Shown here one piece after another: positions 11,873 to 22,704 of a stretch of 64,000 bases of DNA; the stretch's first letter is position 1, and the number at the start of each line of letters is the position of its first letter. The notes below the pieces were generated by a model, which ran no database searches, was not told where the DNA came from, and was given only the letters and a program-made list of their open reading frames with translations. The translations under genes and the position numbers were made by a program. The stretch comes from an uncultured delta proteobacterium (GTDB lineage Bacteria > Desulfobacterota > WTBG01 > CAIYCZ01), in assembly GCA_963803975.1 (NCBI GenBank), contig CAWDOY010000045.1, positions 32,001-96,000 of the forward strand, written 5' to 3'.

Positions 11873-12328
11873 TTAAGGCCGGCCCTTCAGATCTCGTTCC
11901 AGTTCCCTCCTCATATCCTTCTTCCGGATATCTTCTCTTCGGTCATGAAGGGTTTTCCCCTGCGCCAGTGCCATCTCCACTTTTACGTTCCCCTGGTCAT
12001 TAAAATACATTTTCAGCGGGATAAACGTTTGACCTTTTTGGCGTATTTTGCCATAGAGTTTCTTAATCTCCCGTTTATGGAGCAGCAGCTTGCGTTTTCG
12101 CAGGGGATCATGGTTAAGACGGTTGGCAAATGAATACGGACCGATATGTGCGTCTACCAGGAATATCTCGTTGTTTTCAATGCGGCCGTAACTGTCTTTC
12201 AGATTTGCGCTTCCTCTGCGGCAGGACTTGACTTCGCTGCCGAGCAGCACGATTCCCGTCTCCCAGGTTTCCAGGATGGTGTATTCATGATACGCTTTTT
12301 TGTTCTGTGTTATCAATTTTTGTGACAT
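11873..12328 (-). CDS. smpB: SsrA-binding protein
   Basis: NKKAYHEY..., GIVLLGSEVKS, RKRKLLLHKREI, GKTLHDRR. Confidence 0.98.
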   Translation of the reverse strand: MSQKLITQNKKAYHEYTILETWETGIVLLGSEVKSCRRGSANLKDSYGRIENNEIFLVDAHIGPYSFANRLNHDPLRKRKLLLHKREIKKLYGKIRQKGQTFIPLKMYFNDQGNVKVEMALAQGKTLHDRREDIRKKDMRRELERDLKGRP

Positions 12329-12547
12329 ATACCATTACGCCCGTGCCAGGATGACTACCGGAAAACCACCCGCGTGCGCGGGTGTGTTGAAACTGTTAAC
12401 AGTTTTAGACCGGCATGTCAATAACCCGGGGATTACGGAGTCATGATAATACGTTGACAGGGTATTCCGATTACTATGCTACAATTTACCTGGTTATGCC
12501 ATAGCGCCCTATGCATAACGCAATAACTCTCCCGGTGATTTTAAAGC

Positions 12548-13489
12548 ATGAGCAATGAGCCGCAGGATTTTAACTTTAGTGAAGAAGTAGAAGCATTTGC
12601 CTCGGTCGAGGATGCAGCAGACGCGGGAGAAGACGCCGCTGCCCGGGTGCCGGTTACCTACGATCCCCTGCAGCGGTACTTACGGGAAATAAACAGGATT
12701 CCCCTGCTGAGCCGCGAAGAGGAGCAGCAGCTTGCCATCCACTACCGCGAAACCGGGGATGTGGAGGCAGCATACCAGCTTGTCACCAGCAACCTGCGCC
12801 TGGTGGTCAAGATTGCTCTTGAGTTTCACCATCGCTGGATGGTAAGCCTGCTGGACCTCATTCAGGAGGGCAATATCGGGCTGATGATGGCGATAAAAAA
12901 GTTTGATCCCTACCGCGGCGTGAAGCTTTCCCATTATGCCTCCTACTGGATTCGCGCTTACATTTTGAAATTTATCATGGATAACTGGAAACTGGTAAAA
13001 ATCGGGACGACCCAGATGCAGCGCAAGATCTTTTTCAACCTGCAGAAAGAAAAGAAGCGGCTTGAGGGGCTCGGGTTCGATCCTGCTCCCAAACGTCTGG
13101 CGGAAGCGTTCAACACTACGGAAAACCAGGTTATTGAAATGGAACAGCGCCTTGGTGACTGGGAGCCCTCGCTTGATCAGGTGGTGGGGGATGACTGGAA
13201 GGAGACGCGGGGGGATTTTATGGCTGATGACACGGAGCTGTTTGACCGGAAAATGGCTCGCAGTCAGTTCCAGGAGCTTTTCAATCAGAAGCTGCAGGAA
13301 TTCAGCGCCACGCTGGACGGCAAAGAACTTGATATCCTGGAGAACCGGCTGTTATCTGAGAATCCGCACACGCTGCAGGCCATGGGCGAGAAATACGGCA
13401 TAACCAAAGAACGGGTACGCCAGCTTGAAGAGCGTCTGAAGAAAAAAATCAGGAGCTACATTGAGGAGCAGATTCCAGATTTGCCGTGA
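12548..13489 (+). CDS. rpoH: RNA polymerase sigma factor, RpoH (sigma-32)-like
   Basis: DPLQRYLREI..PLLSREEE, DLIQEGNIGLM, YWIRAYILKFIMDNWKLVKIGTTQMQRKIFFNL (RpoH box), ITKERVRQLE. Confidence 0.9.
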   Translation: MSNEPQDFNFSEEVEAFASVEDAADAGEDAAARVPVTYDPLQRYLREINRIPLLSREEEQQLAIHYRETGDVEAAYQLVTSNLRLVVKIALEFHHRWMVSLLDLIQEGNIGLMMAIKKFDPYRGVKLSHYASYWIRAYILKFIMDNWKLVKIGTTQMQRKIFFNLQKEKKRLEGLGFDPAPKRLAEAFNTTENQVIEMEQRLGDWEPSLDQVVGDDWKETRGDFMADDTELFDRKMARSQFQELFNQKLQEFSATLDGKELDILENRLLSENPHTLQAMGEKYGITKERVRQLEERLKKKIRSYIEEQIPDLP

Positions 13490-13547
13490 TACCCAGCCGT
13501 ACTGCTCTGACCGGCGGCACGGGATTGTTTACAGGCGACACCGTCTC

Positions 13548-13575
13548 TTGACAAAATAAAATTTGCGATTACAAT
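13548..13575 (+). promoter_or_regulatory. Sigma-70-type promoter for the leader/small ORF/dnaJ transcript
   Basis: TTGACA (13548-13553), 16-nt spacer, TACAAT (13570-13575). Confidence 0.65.
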
Positions 13576-13579
13576 CATA

Positions 13580-13692
13580 CCCTGAAAAGGTGAAGCTCCC
13601 CGCCCATCACACAATCCCGAATAGCCTGTCGGGATTCGGGACGGAGCTTTCACAACAGGTATACCGGTAAACCTTCAACCATTGCAGGGGAG
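13580..13692 (+). promoter_or_regulatory. Structured 5' leader (candidate cis-regulatory RNA)
   Basis: Nested stems CCTG/CAGG, GTGAAGCTCC/GGAGCTTTCAC and AATCCCGA/TCGGGATT. The 5' end can alternatively pair with the RBS region. Confidence 0.55.
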
Positions 13693-13698
13693 CGCTGT

Positions 13699-14960
<1,262 letters not shown>

Positions 14961-15152
14961 ACGGGGGTATGCCGTCTGCAGCGCAGCCCGCTTGGTCTTT
15001 TTTCTGCTGCTCATTCACTTCACATCTTTTGCGTATCTCACACATAACAACCATGGATAAACAATTTTCCCCCTGAGCGTTTGGGAACGGATTCATGAAT
15101 TATTTGTCTATGTCTCATTGAGCAACTTGTTTTTATAGCGGTGGAGGTGTTC

Positions 15153-16139
15153 ATGGAACCTAACATACAACATATCACCAGAGAAGTTGAGCGCACCAGC
15201 CCGATGATGAGAGCGGTGGTGCAGGAGATGAAAAAAATAATGGTGGGGCAGGATTATCTCCTGGAGCGGCTGCTCATAGGCCTGATTGCTAACGGCCACA
15301 TCCTGATTGAAGGTGTGCCGGGGCTGGCAAAAACAACTGCTGTCAAGACCCTGGCGCAGACCATTGCTACCAGCTTCCAGCGGATTCAGTTTACCCCGGA
15401 CCTGCTGCCGGCTGACCTCATAGGCACGCAGATATATCTCCCCAAAAGCGGTGAGTTTACCATCAAGAAAGGCCCGATTTTTTCCAACATCATTCTTGCA
15501 GACGAGATTAACCGGGCCCCGGCCAAGGTGCAGAGCGCGCTGCTTGAGTGCATGCAGGAGCGGCAGGTAACCATTGGCGAGACCACCTTTGTTTTGGAAG
15601 AGCCATTCCTGGTTATGGCAACACAGAATCCCATCGAGCAGGAGGGGACCTATCCGCTGCCCGAGGCCCAGGTTGATCGTTTCATGCTCAAGCTTAAAGT
15701 CGGCTATCCCGGCAAAGCAGAGGAAAAAGAAATTATGCAGCGCATTGCCGGACGCACGCTGGAAAAGATTGAACCCGTTACCACGCCGCAGCAAATACTT
15801 GAGGTGCGCCGCGTTGCAGACCAGGTGTACATCGATGAGAAGCTGCAGGATTATATTGTGGAAATCGTCTGTGCCACCCGCGAGCCCAAAGTGTTTGGCA
15901 TCGACATAGAGCACCTGATACAGTTTGGAGCGTCTCCCCGGGCCTCCATCTACCTTAACCAGGCAGCACGGGCCTATGCCTTTCTTCAGGAAAGAGGCTA
16001 TGTCACGCCCCAGGATATTAAAACCATTGGACGCGATGTATTACGGCATAGAATCATTTTAAGTTACGAGGCTGAAGCAGAAAACCTCACCACCGATGAC
16101 ATCATTACAAAAATTTTTAATAATGTTGAAGTGCCGTAA
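15153..16139 (+). CDS. moxR: MoxR-family AAA+ ATPase
   Basis: EGVPGLAKT, RIQFTPDLLPAD, DEINRAPAKVQSALLE, ATQNPIEQEGTYPLPEAQVDRF, GASPRA. Confidence 0.96.
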   Translation: MEPNIQHITREVERTSPMMRAVVQEMKKIMVGQDYLLERLLIGLIANGHILIEGVPGLAKTTAVKTLAQTIATSFQRIQFTPDLLPADLIGTQIYLPKSGEFTIKKGPIFSNIILADEINRAPAKVQSALLECMQERQVTIGETTFVLEEPFLVMATQNPIEQEGTYPLPEAQVDRFMLKLKVGYPGKAEEKEIMQRIAGRTLEKIEPVTTPQQILEVRRVADQVYIDEKLQDYIVEIVCATREPKVFGIDIEHLIQFGASPRASIYLNQAARAYAFLQERGYVTPQDIKTIGRDVLRHRIILSYEAEAENLTTDDIITKIFNNVEVP

Positions 16140-16199
16140 AACAGAAGCAAGAGGACAGCGGTCAGACCGCAGACAAGAGAGCACAGGAGACCCTGTTGC

Positions 16200-17075
16200 A
16201 TGATTCCGCAGGAAATACTCCATAAAATAAAAAAAATCCATATCCGCAGCAACTACCTGGTCAATGACATCTTTGCCGGAGAATATGAAAGCGCGTTTCG
16301 CGGCCGGGGCATGGAGTTTGAGGAAGTGCGGGAGTACGCTCCCGGAGATGATATCAGAGATATCGACTGGAATGTTACCGCCCGCATGGGGCATCCGTTT
16401 GTCAAGGTATACCGGGAAGAGCGTGAGCTGACCGTTATGCTGCTGGTTGACGTGAGTTCCTCCGGGCTTTTTGGAACGGTGAAGCAGCTGAAAATTGAGC
16501 TCTCTGCCGAGATTGCCTCAGTGCTTGCCTTTGCCGCCATCAAGAGCAATGACAAGGTTGGCCTCATTATTTTCAGTGATCATGTTGAAAAGTATATCCC
16601 TCCTAAAAAGGGCCGGGGGCACGTGTGGCGCGTGATCAAGGAAGTGCTTGAGCATCAGCCCCGCTCTACCGGGACCGACATAGCAGCAGCGCTCAATTAC
16701 TTAAACACGGTATGCAGGCGCAGGGCGGTAGCCTTCCTCATTTCCGATTTTATCGCCCGGGACTATGAAAAAGCGCTCAACGTCATCCACAAGAAACATG
16801 AAGTGATTGCCATCCACATCCGTGATCCCCGGGAGCAGGAATTACCGGCGGTGGGCATAGTAGAGCTTGAAGATGCAGAAACAGGGGAACCAATGCTTAT
16901 TGACACGTCTGATGGAGCCGTCCGGAAAGCATATCAGCTCGTGACAGCAAAACGATTTCAGCAGTGGCTCAAGCTCGTGAGGTCTGCAGGCATTGATTGT
17001 CTGGATATCAGAACAGATGCGCCCTATATTGATACCATGCTTAGATTTTTCAGGATGCGTGAAAAAAGGCTTTGA
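16200..17075 (+). CDS. DUF58 (VWA-like) protein
   Basis: GRGMEFEEVREYAPGDDIRDIDWNVTAR, LLVDVSSS, FLISDF. Confidence 0.93.
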   Translation: MIPQEILHKIKKIHIRSNYLVNDIFAGEYESAFRGRGMEFEEVREYAPGDDIRDIDWNVTARMGHPFVKVYREERELTVMLLVDVSSSGLFGTVKQLKIELSAEIASVLAFAAIKSNDKVGLIIFSDHVEKYIPPKKGRGHVWRVIKEVLEHQPRSTGTDIAAALNYLNTVCRRRAVAFLISDFIARDYEKALNVIHKKHEVIAIHIRDPREQELPAVGIVELEDAETGEPMLIDTSDGAVRKAYQLVTAKRFQQWLKLVRSAGIDCLDIRTDAPYIDTMLRFFRMREKRL

Positions 17076-17101
17076 CGCGTACGTACGGGAGAGCAGGATA
17101 C

Positions 17102-18108
17102 GTGGGCCGTTTTGCAGTTATACCCTTCTGGTGTCTTTGTAATCCTTTCCATCGAACGCCTGTTCTGCCCCTGCACCAGGGGACAGGAACAAGCCAGGCG
17201 CAGCAGCGCCCCCCCCGGTCGAATTTAGAGCCCAGGTAGATAAGGCCGTTGCAACCGTGGGCGACCTTATCACGCTTACCCTGAGCTTGAGCAGCGAGCC
17301 GCAGATTGCGGTGCGCCTTCCTGAAGCAGGCTCCCGGATTGCCGGTTTGCGGATTGTGGATGACGGCGAAGAAGGCCCGAAGATGGTTGATAACCGGACG
17401 GTGCAGAAGAAGTGGTATAAATTCCAGCCGGACAGTGTCGGATCATATATTATACCGGCGCTCTCCGTTACCTATACCGACGCCAGGGGAGCGCAGCAGG
17501 AGCTTAAAAGCGCGCAGTTATTTATTGAGGTCAAATCCGTCCTTAAAGATAAGAACGCAGGAGCGACCGGGGAGATACGTGATATCAAGCCGCTCCAGGA
17601 AATCCCCTGGTCTCCGGGGCAGCCCCTCATATACGGCGCCTTGATGGTTTTGCTTCTCTTTGCCGGGGGCGTTTTTCTCTTTTATTTTCTGGGCAAAAAA
17701 AAGAACCAGCTCCCGGCGCCTCCCGACCCTGCCCATATTCGCGCCTTTGAAGAGCTTGAACAGCTCTCCCGCGAGCAGTTGCTGGAAAGGGGGATCGTGC
17801 GGGAGTACTATTTCCGTCTCTCAGAGATCTTCCGGCGCTATATTGAACGGCGCTTTCATATCCCTGCGGTGGAGCGGACCACAGAGGAAATAATGCCTGA
17901 TATTTTAAACCTGCAGGAATGCGGTTCAGCACTTAAGGCTGAAATGCGGGAAATCCTGCGCTACGCTGACCTGGTAAAGTTTGCCCGCTTCTGCCCTGAC
18001 AGGAATACTTCCGATAATGACTACCGGAAAGTTGTGAGGGTGATTGAAGAAACAAAAGAAGCGCCGCCTGCAGGTAATGCAGAGCACCCTGATGTCCCGG
18101 CAGAATAA
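17102..18108 (+). CDS. BatD-like/DUF4381 membrane protein of the Bat cluster (5' end approximate)
   Basis: Ig-like N-terminus (AQVDK.VATVGD), IRDIKPL before a TM helix, YYFRLSEIFRRYIE..ERTTEE..ADLVKFA. Confidence 0.8.
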
Positions 18109-18116
18109 AAGTGCAT

Positions 18117-19113
18117 ATGCTCACCCGCTTTGCAGATCCCTGGTTATTACTACTGTTACTGATAGTGCCGCTGATGGTGCTGTATTCAGTAAAGAAGCGC
18201 AGCAGCAGGATCCGCTTTTCATCCCTTGCAGCCCTTAAAGAGGTAAAACAGTCGAAGACGCCTGCATGGAGAAAAGGGCTCTTGTTTATGCGGTGCCTGG
18301 CCATGAGCCTATTTATCCTTGCCCTGGCACGGCCGCAATCAGGAAACAGAAGCACGGAGATCATAACCGAGGGTGTTGATATCATGCTCTGCCTTGACAC
18401 CTCCGGCAGCATGAATGCCCTTGATTTCACGCTCGATAATAAGCGGGTAAACCGGCTCCAGGTAGTAAAAAAAGTGGTAGAGGAATTCGTCCGCGGGAGG
18501 CAGAATGATCGTATCGGCATGGTGGTGTTTGCCGCGGAGGCATTCACCCAGTGCCCGCTCACGCTTGACTACGGGGTCCTCCTGAGCTTTTTAGAGAAAC
18601 TGGAAATCGGGATGGCAGGAGATACGACGGCTATAGGGTCAGCCCTTGCGACCTGCGTGAAACGGCTCAAGGATTTACCGTCAAAATCAAAAATTATAAT
18701 TCTTCTCACTGACGGGAGAAACAATACCGGCTCTATTGCCCCGGCAACCGCAGCAGACATCGCTAAAACCTGCGGCTATCAAGGTGTACACCATAGGGGT
18801 TGGCACTGAAGGAGAAGCACCCTTTCTGGTCGACAGCCTTTTTGGCAAACGGTATGTTTATCAGCGGGTGGACCTTGATGAGGAAACCTTGCAGGAGATT
18901 GCGCAAAAAACCGGCGGCACCTACTTCAGGGCAACCAATACCGAAGCACTGAAAGCTATATATCAGCAGATAGACAAGATGGAAAAGAGCGAGGCCAAGG
19001 TAAAGGAGTATATGGAGTATGAAGAGCTGTTTGCCTGGTTCCTTATTCCGGGGCTGTGCCTGGTGTTGGTTGAAATACTCCTGGCAAATACCCGGCTGCG
19101 AAAAATACCATGA
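18117..19113 (+). CDS. batA: BatA-type VWA domain protein, frameshift near 18770
   Basis: RFADPWLLLLL, ALARPQ, MIDAS DTSGSM, TAIG, LLTDG, shifted IKVYTIGVG...LDEETL..IA..TGG.YFRA. Confidence 0.9.
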
Positions 19114-19125
19114 ACCGGAGCATAC

Positions 19126-19179
19126 CAGCCCGCAGCTTTCCGCTGAGATATACCATGCTGAAAGCTGCCCGCTGAAAGC
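19126..19179. repeat. Degenerate 7-nt periodic inverted-repeat element (TCAGC/GCTGA family)
   Basis: cagcccg-cagcttt-ccgc ... gctgaaa-gctgccc-gctgaaa-gc, between batA and batB. Confidence 0.55.
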
Positions 19180-19185
19180 GCAAAC

Positions 19186-20193
19186 ATGAAATTCGCCCAT
19201 CCCTCATATCTGTTTCTGTTCTGGCTGGTGCCAGCGCTCATAGTCTTTTACCTCTATGCCTTCAGGAAAAAGGATAAGCTCATAAAGGCATTCTGCGGAG
19301 AAACCCTGTATGCCGAGCTCGTGCCCTCAGTCTCTCCGGGAAGGCAGAAGCTGAAAGCAGCGCTGTTACTGGGTTCTTTGAGCTTTCTGGTCGTTTCCCT
19401 GCTGCAGCCGCGGTGGGGTTTTCAGTGGGAGGATATCAAGAGGCAGGGGATTGATATCATGGTGGCAATCGATGTATCCCAGAGCATGCTGGCGGAAGAT
19501 ATAAAACCAAGCCGCCTGGAGCGGGCCAAGCGCAAAGTTTATGATTTGTGCCGGATGCTTGAAGGAGACCGGATCGGCCTCATTGCTTTTGCCGGTACCA
19601 GCTTTGTCCAGTGCCCGCTCACGCTTGATTATGGGGCGTTCAAGATATTCCTTGATTACCTTGAGCCGGACTTGATACCGGTCCCCGGGACCGCCATCGG
19701 CCAGGCAATCAGAGCAGCCATTAATTCATTTAGCCGCCGCGAGCGAACTTCCAAGGCGCTCATTATTATTACTGATGGCGAGGATCATGAGGAAAGTCCC
19801 CTGAAGGCAGCGCAGGAGGCAAAAAAAGAAGGCATCAGAATTTTTACCATCGGCGTCGGGCAGGACGGCGGGGCGCCCATCCCGATGAAAGACGGCTCAG
19901 GCGGATTTAAAAAAGACGGGGGGGGCGAGATGGTGCTGAGCAGGCTTGACGAGGCAGCCCTGCAGAAAATAGCTCTTGAGACCGGCGGGAGCTATGTGCG
20001 CTCGGTAACCGGGGACCTGGATCTGAATAAAATCTACCAGGAGGATATCAGGGGCAAAATAGAAAAAAAAGAACTGCTCTCAACGCGCAAAAAACGCTGG
20101 GAGGAGCGGTTCCAGTGGTTTCTGTTTGCAGCGATACTGCTTCTGGGAATAGAATTTTTTATGCGCGAGACAAAAGCCGTGCGCAAAAGATAA
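19186..20193 (+). CDS. batB: BatB-type VWA domain protein
   Basis: DVSQSMLAEDIKPSRLERAK, CPLTLDY, ITDGEDHE, WEERFQWFL. Confidence 0.92.
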   Translation: MKFAHPSYLFLFWLVPALIVFYLYAFRKKDKLIKAFCGETLYAELVPSVSPGRQKLKAALLLGSLSFLVVSLLQPRWGFQWEDIKRQGIDIMVAIDVSQSMLAEDIKPSRLERAKRKVYDLCRMLEGDRIGLIAFAGTSFVQCPLTLDYGAFKIFLDYLEPDLIPVPGTAIGQAIRAAINSFSRRERTSKALIIITDGEDHEESPLKAAQEAKKEGIRIFTIGVGQDGGAPIPMKDGSGGFKKDGGGEMVLSRLDEAALQKIALETGGSYVRSVTGDLDLNKIYQEDIRGKIEKKELLSTRKKRWEERFQWFLFAAILLLGIEFFMRETKAVRKR

Positions 20194-20574
20194 TCAGCTG
20201 TGGCGGCACTGCCTGCCGGACATGTGAAGCGCTGCGCCCATCTTGACTGAGCGGAAGGGGGAAAGAACCGGGCAGCAAATAGTGATTGACTAATGCTGCA
20301 TAATATAATAGTTTTATTTTTAACTATTTAATCACCTAAATAAATTGAGCGCTGCAAGCGCACGTTTTTTCTCTCTGATTTTCTGACCGTTTTAACTTGT
20401 AACAGGGTACAATTCATTCCATACTCATATATAAGCGCACCATTGCAGCCGGTGGCAGGTTAAAACCATATAGAGCCGTGTAGGCCGGCATAGCTTGTTT
20501 TTGCTTGCTATTCCAGCTTTCAATTAAACAGAGGCCCTTTATTCTTAACACAGCAACACAGAGGAGGTACGGCC

Positions 20575-21975
20575 ATGAGCAAGAAGTTAATTCATTATCG
20601 GTATGTTAGTATGGTGCCTTCCGGCATACGCATCTGCAACCATTGCAGAAGGGTGGGTGCGCCATGACATCGGGCCGCAGACCAGCCCGATTTACCTGGA
20701 CGTTGCAGACATTGATGGAGATGGCGCTCTTGATGTCGCTGCCACGGCTGACGTGCATCCAGGGGGATCAAACTCTGAAGTAGCGTGGTATCGCAATAAT
20801 CTGAAACAGGGGTTGCCCTGGGAGAAGATCGTCATCAGCTCTGATAAGCCGGAAACCAATCCTATTGTTGGCGCAGGCGGGATTGTCATCGCTGATATTG
20901 ACGGGGACGGCCGTAAAGATGCTGTGGTTGTTACGGGAAACGTGATCAACCCTAAGGGAGATGTCTACTGGTTTAAGGCGCCTGCAGATCCTGCCACGAG
21001 CCCATGGCAGCGGTTTGATATTGAGACCGGGGTAGCTGACTCCTACTTTAAAGTCTATACCATGGATGCTGATGCAGACGGAACGCAGGACATGGTTATC
21101 GGCGGGAACAAGGGTGCTGTTCTGTTTCTTAACCCCGGGAACCCTGATCAGCCGGGAGCTGCGTGGACAAAGGTGCCGATTGCCCGAGGGAACGGGAAGC
21201 ACTGTTTGCATGGATGATATGAATAATGATGGGAGAATAGATATCATTAATACCCACACCGGATTCAAACCTGATTATGCAGGAAATGTCTCATGGCTTG
21301 ATGTGAACAATGAATGGCCAGGTTTCGTTCGACAGGACGATGATAGACCCTGCTCTGGTCAAGGCTTTTGACGCTAACACCATGGATGTGAACGGGGACG
21401 GTAAAAAAGATGTGGTCGTTTCCACTTTTCAGCTTCCTGACATATACTGGTATGAACAGCCTGCAGCCAGTACAGCGCCCTGGATACAGCACCTCATAAC
21501 GAATACCTATGAGGGTACAGACCTTTATACGGGTGACATTGATGGAGATAAAAAGACGGATTTAATAATATCCGGTCTATTCACAAAAAAGATTTACTGG
21601 TTCAGCTATCAGTTGGAAAATGGCGCGGCTGTCTGGACAGACCATCTTCTTGATGATGACATTATAAATCCGGGGGACATCTCCCTCAATGACATGGATG
21701 GAGACGGGGACCTGGATGTGGTGCTTGCCGGCATGGGTGAAAACCAGATCATCTGGTATGAAAACCAGCTGCCCCGCGCAAATCCCTGCGCCGTGACGTT
21801 TGTGCTGGGAGAAAAATCATCCGCCCTGCCGGCGCTCAGAAGTTTCCGAGACAGCTATCTGAAATCAATGCCCGGCGGCGAATCAATTATTAAATCCTAT
21901 TATTCTGCTTCGCCCGGGATTATTCAGTTCCTGCAGAGTATTAAAGGTGTGACAACGAAGCTTCTCCCGTGGTAA
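20575..21975 (+). CDS. Secreted FG-GAP/VCBS repeat protein with C-terminal CFI-box-CTERM-like domain (about 3 frameshifts)
   Basis: GAGGAGG RBS, signal peptide ending AYASA, repeated D.DGDG..D motifs, tail CAVTFVLG...LRSFRDSYL...G...IKSYYSASP. Confidence 0.85.
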
Positions 21976-22009
21976 TATAAGAGAAGATGTTCCAGTAGCA
22001 CAGTTTTTC

Positions 22010-22044
22010 AAAAGGGTAACATCATGGCGGTGTTACCCTTTTTT
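22010..22044 (+). terminator. Intrinsic terminator
   Basis: aaaagggtaacatc-atggc-ggtgttaccctttttt. Confidence 0.85.
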
Positions 22045-22081
22045 ATAACGCAGCATCACGAGGATATGGAACCAGATCATT

Positions 22082-22160
22082 GAGAGTTGGCGGGTTGTGG
22101 AGTTAAGGAGTTTCGGAGTTCTATAATTAAAAACTCCACACGCGCAACTCTTAAACTCTT
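22082..22160. repeat. 8-nt periodic inverted-repeat element (GGAGTT/AACTC family)
   Basis: gagtt/gggtt units every 8 nt, an AT spacer, then aactcc...aactct..aactct. Confidence 0.65.
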
Positions 22161-22181
22161 TCACTATATTGTAGTCTGTGT

Positions 22182-22214
22182 TCCCGATATCCCGAAGGCT
22201 TTCGGGAATCGGGA
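22182..22214. repeat. GC-rich palindrome (REP-like)
   Basis: tcccgat-atcccgaa-ggct-ttcggga-atcggga. Confidence 0.65.
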
Positions 22215-22261
22215 CTGTGGTTAATTTTTAACAGAACAGAACCTTATTACCGGGAGAACGT

Positions 22262-22615
22262 ATGCCCCATATTGTTTTAGACGGTACCGTCGATGGTGAG
22301 CGCTTTTTTGAGTCTTTTCAGCCAACCCAGGAGCGCTCTGAAGGAGAAATTTTAAAAACCCAGGACATCTATATCAGCCAGGACAGGAAGATGCTCCTTA
22401 TTGAGGCCATAGCTATCGAAGACGGGCCGCCGCAGCGGTTTTTCATTCAGGCCTCTCTAAAAGATAACAGGACAACGGTGAGAATCTATCCGGGAACAGA
22501 CCCGGTGAAGACCGCGGGCGTGAAAAAATTGCTGGCTATCGTGGCAAAACTGATGCGGGACCAGCACCCGGATATTGACTATGGCGCTACCAACCTGAAG
22601 GAATTCCTGCGCTGA
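22262..22615 (+). CDS. Hypothetical protein (117 aa)
   Basis: GGGAGA RBS and clean ORF; family not recognised. Confidence 0.75.
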   Translation: MPHIVLDGTVDGERFFESFQPTQERSEGEILKTQDIYISQDRKMLLIEAIAIEDGPPQRFFIQASLKDNRTTVRIYPGTDPVKTAGVKKLLAIVAKLMRDQHPDIDYGATNLKEFLR

Positions 22616-22704
22616 AGCGATAATTGACATTGATACGAGTGGACAGGATGTGCCCGGGTTCCGGCCTGCAATTCGGCAAATACAGGTCCGCCCGGCATAG
22701 GGGT

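Noticed and set aside
12329..12547. tmRNA next to smpB
   Set aside because: No tRNA-Ala-like ends or tag reading frame were found; the region looks like divergent promoters.
15108..15914. Long antisense ORFs (also 28992..29621, 36970..37761, 60582..61193)
   Set aside because: They are shadows of well-supported genes on the opposite strand and carry no motifs of their own.
19790..19801. GAGGAAAGTCC, an RNase P RNA signature
   Set aside because: It lies inside the intact batB reading frame and no other RNase P helices are evident.
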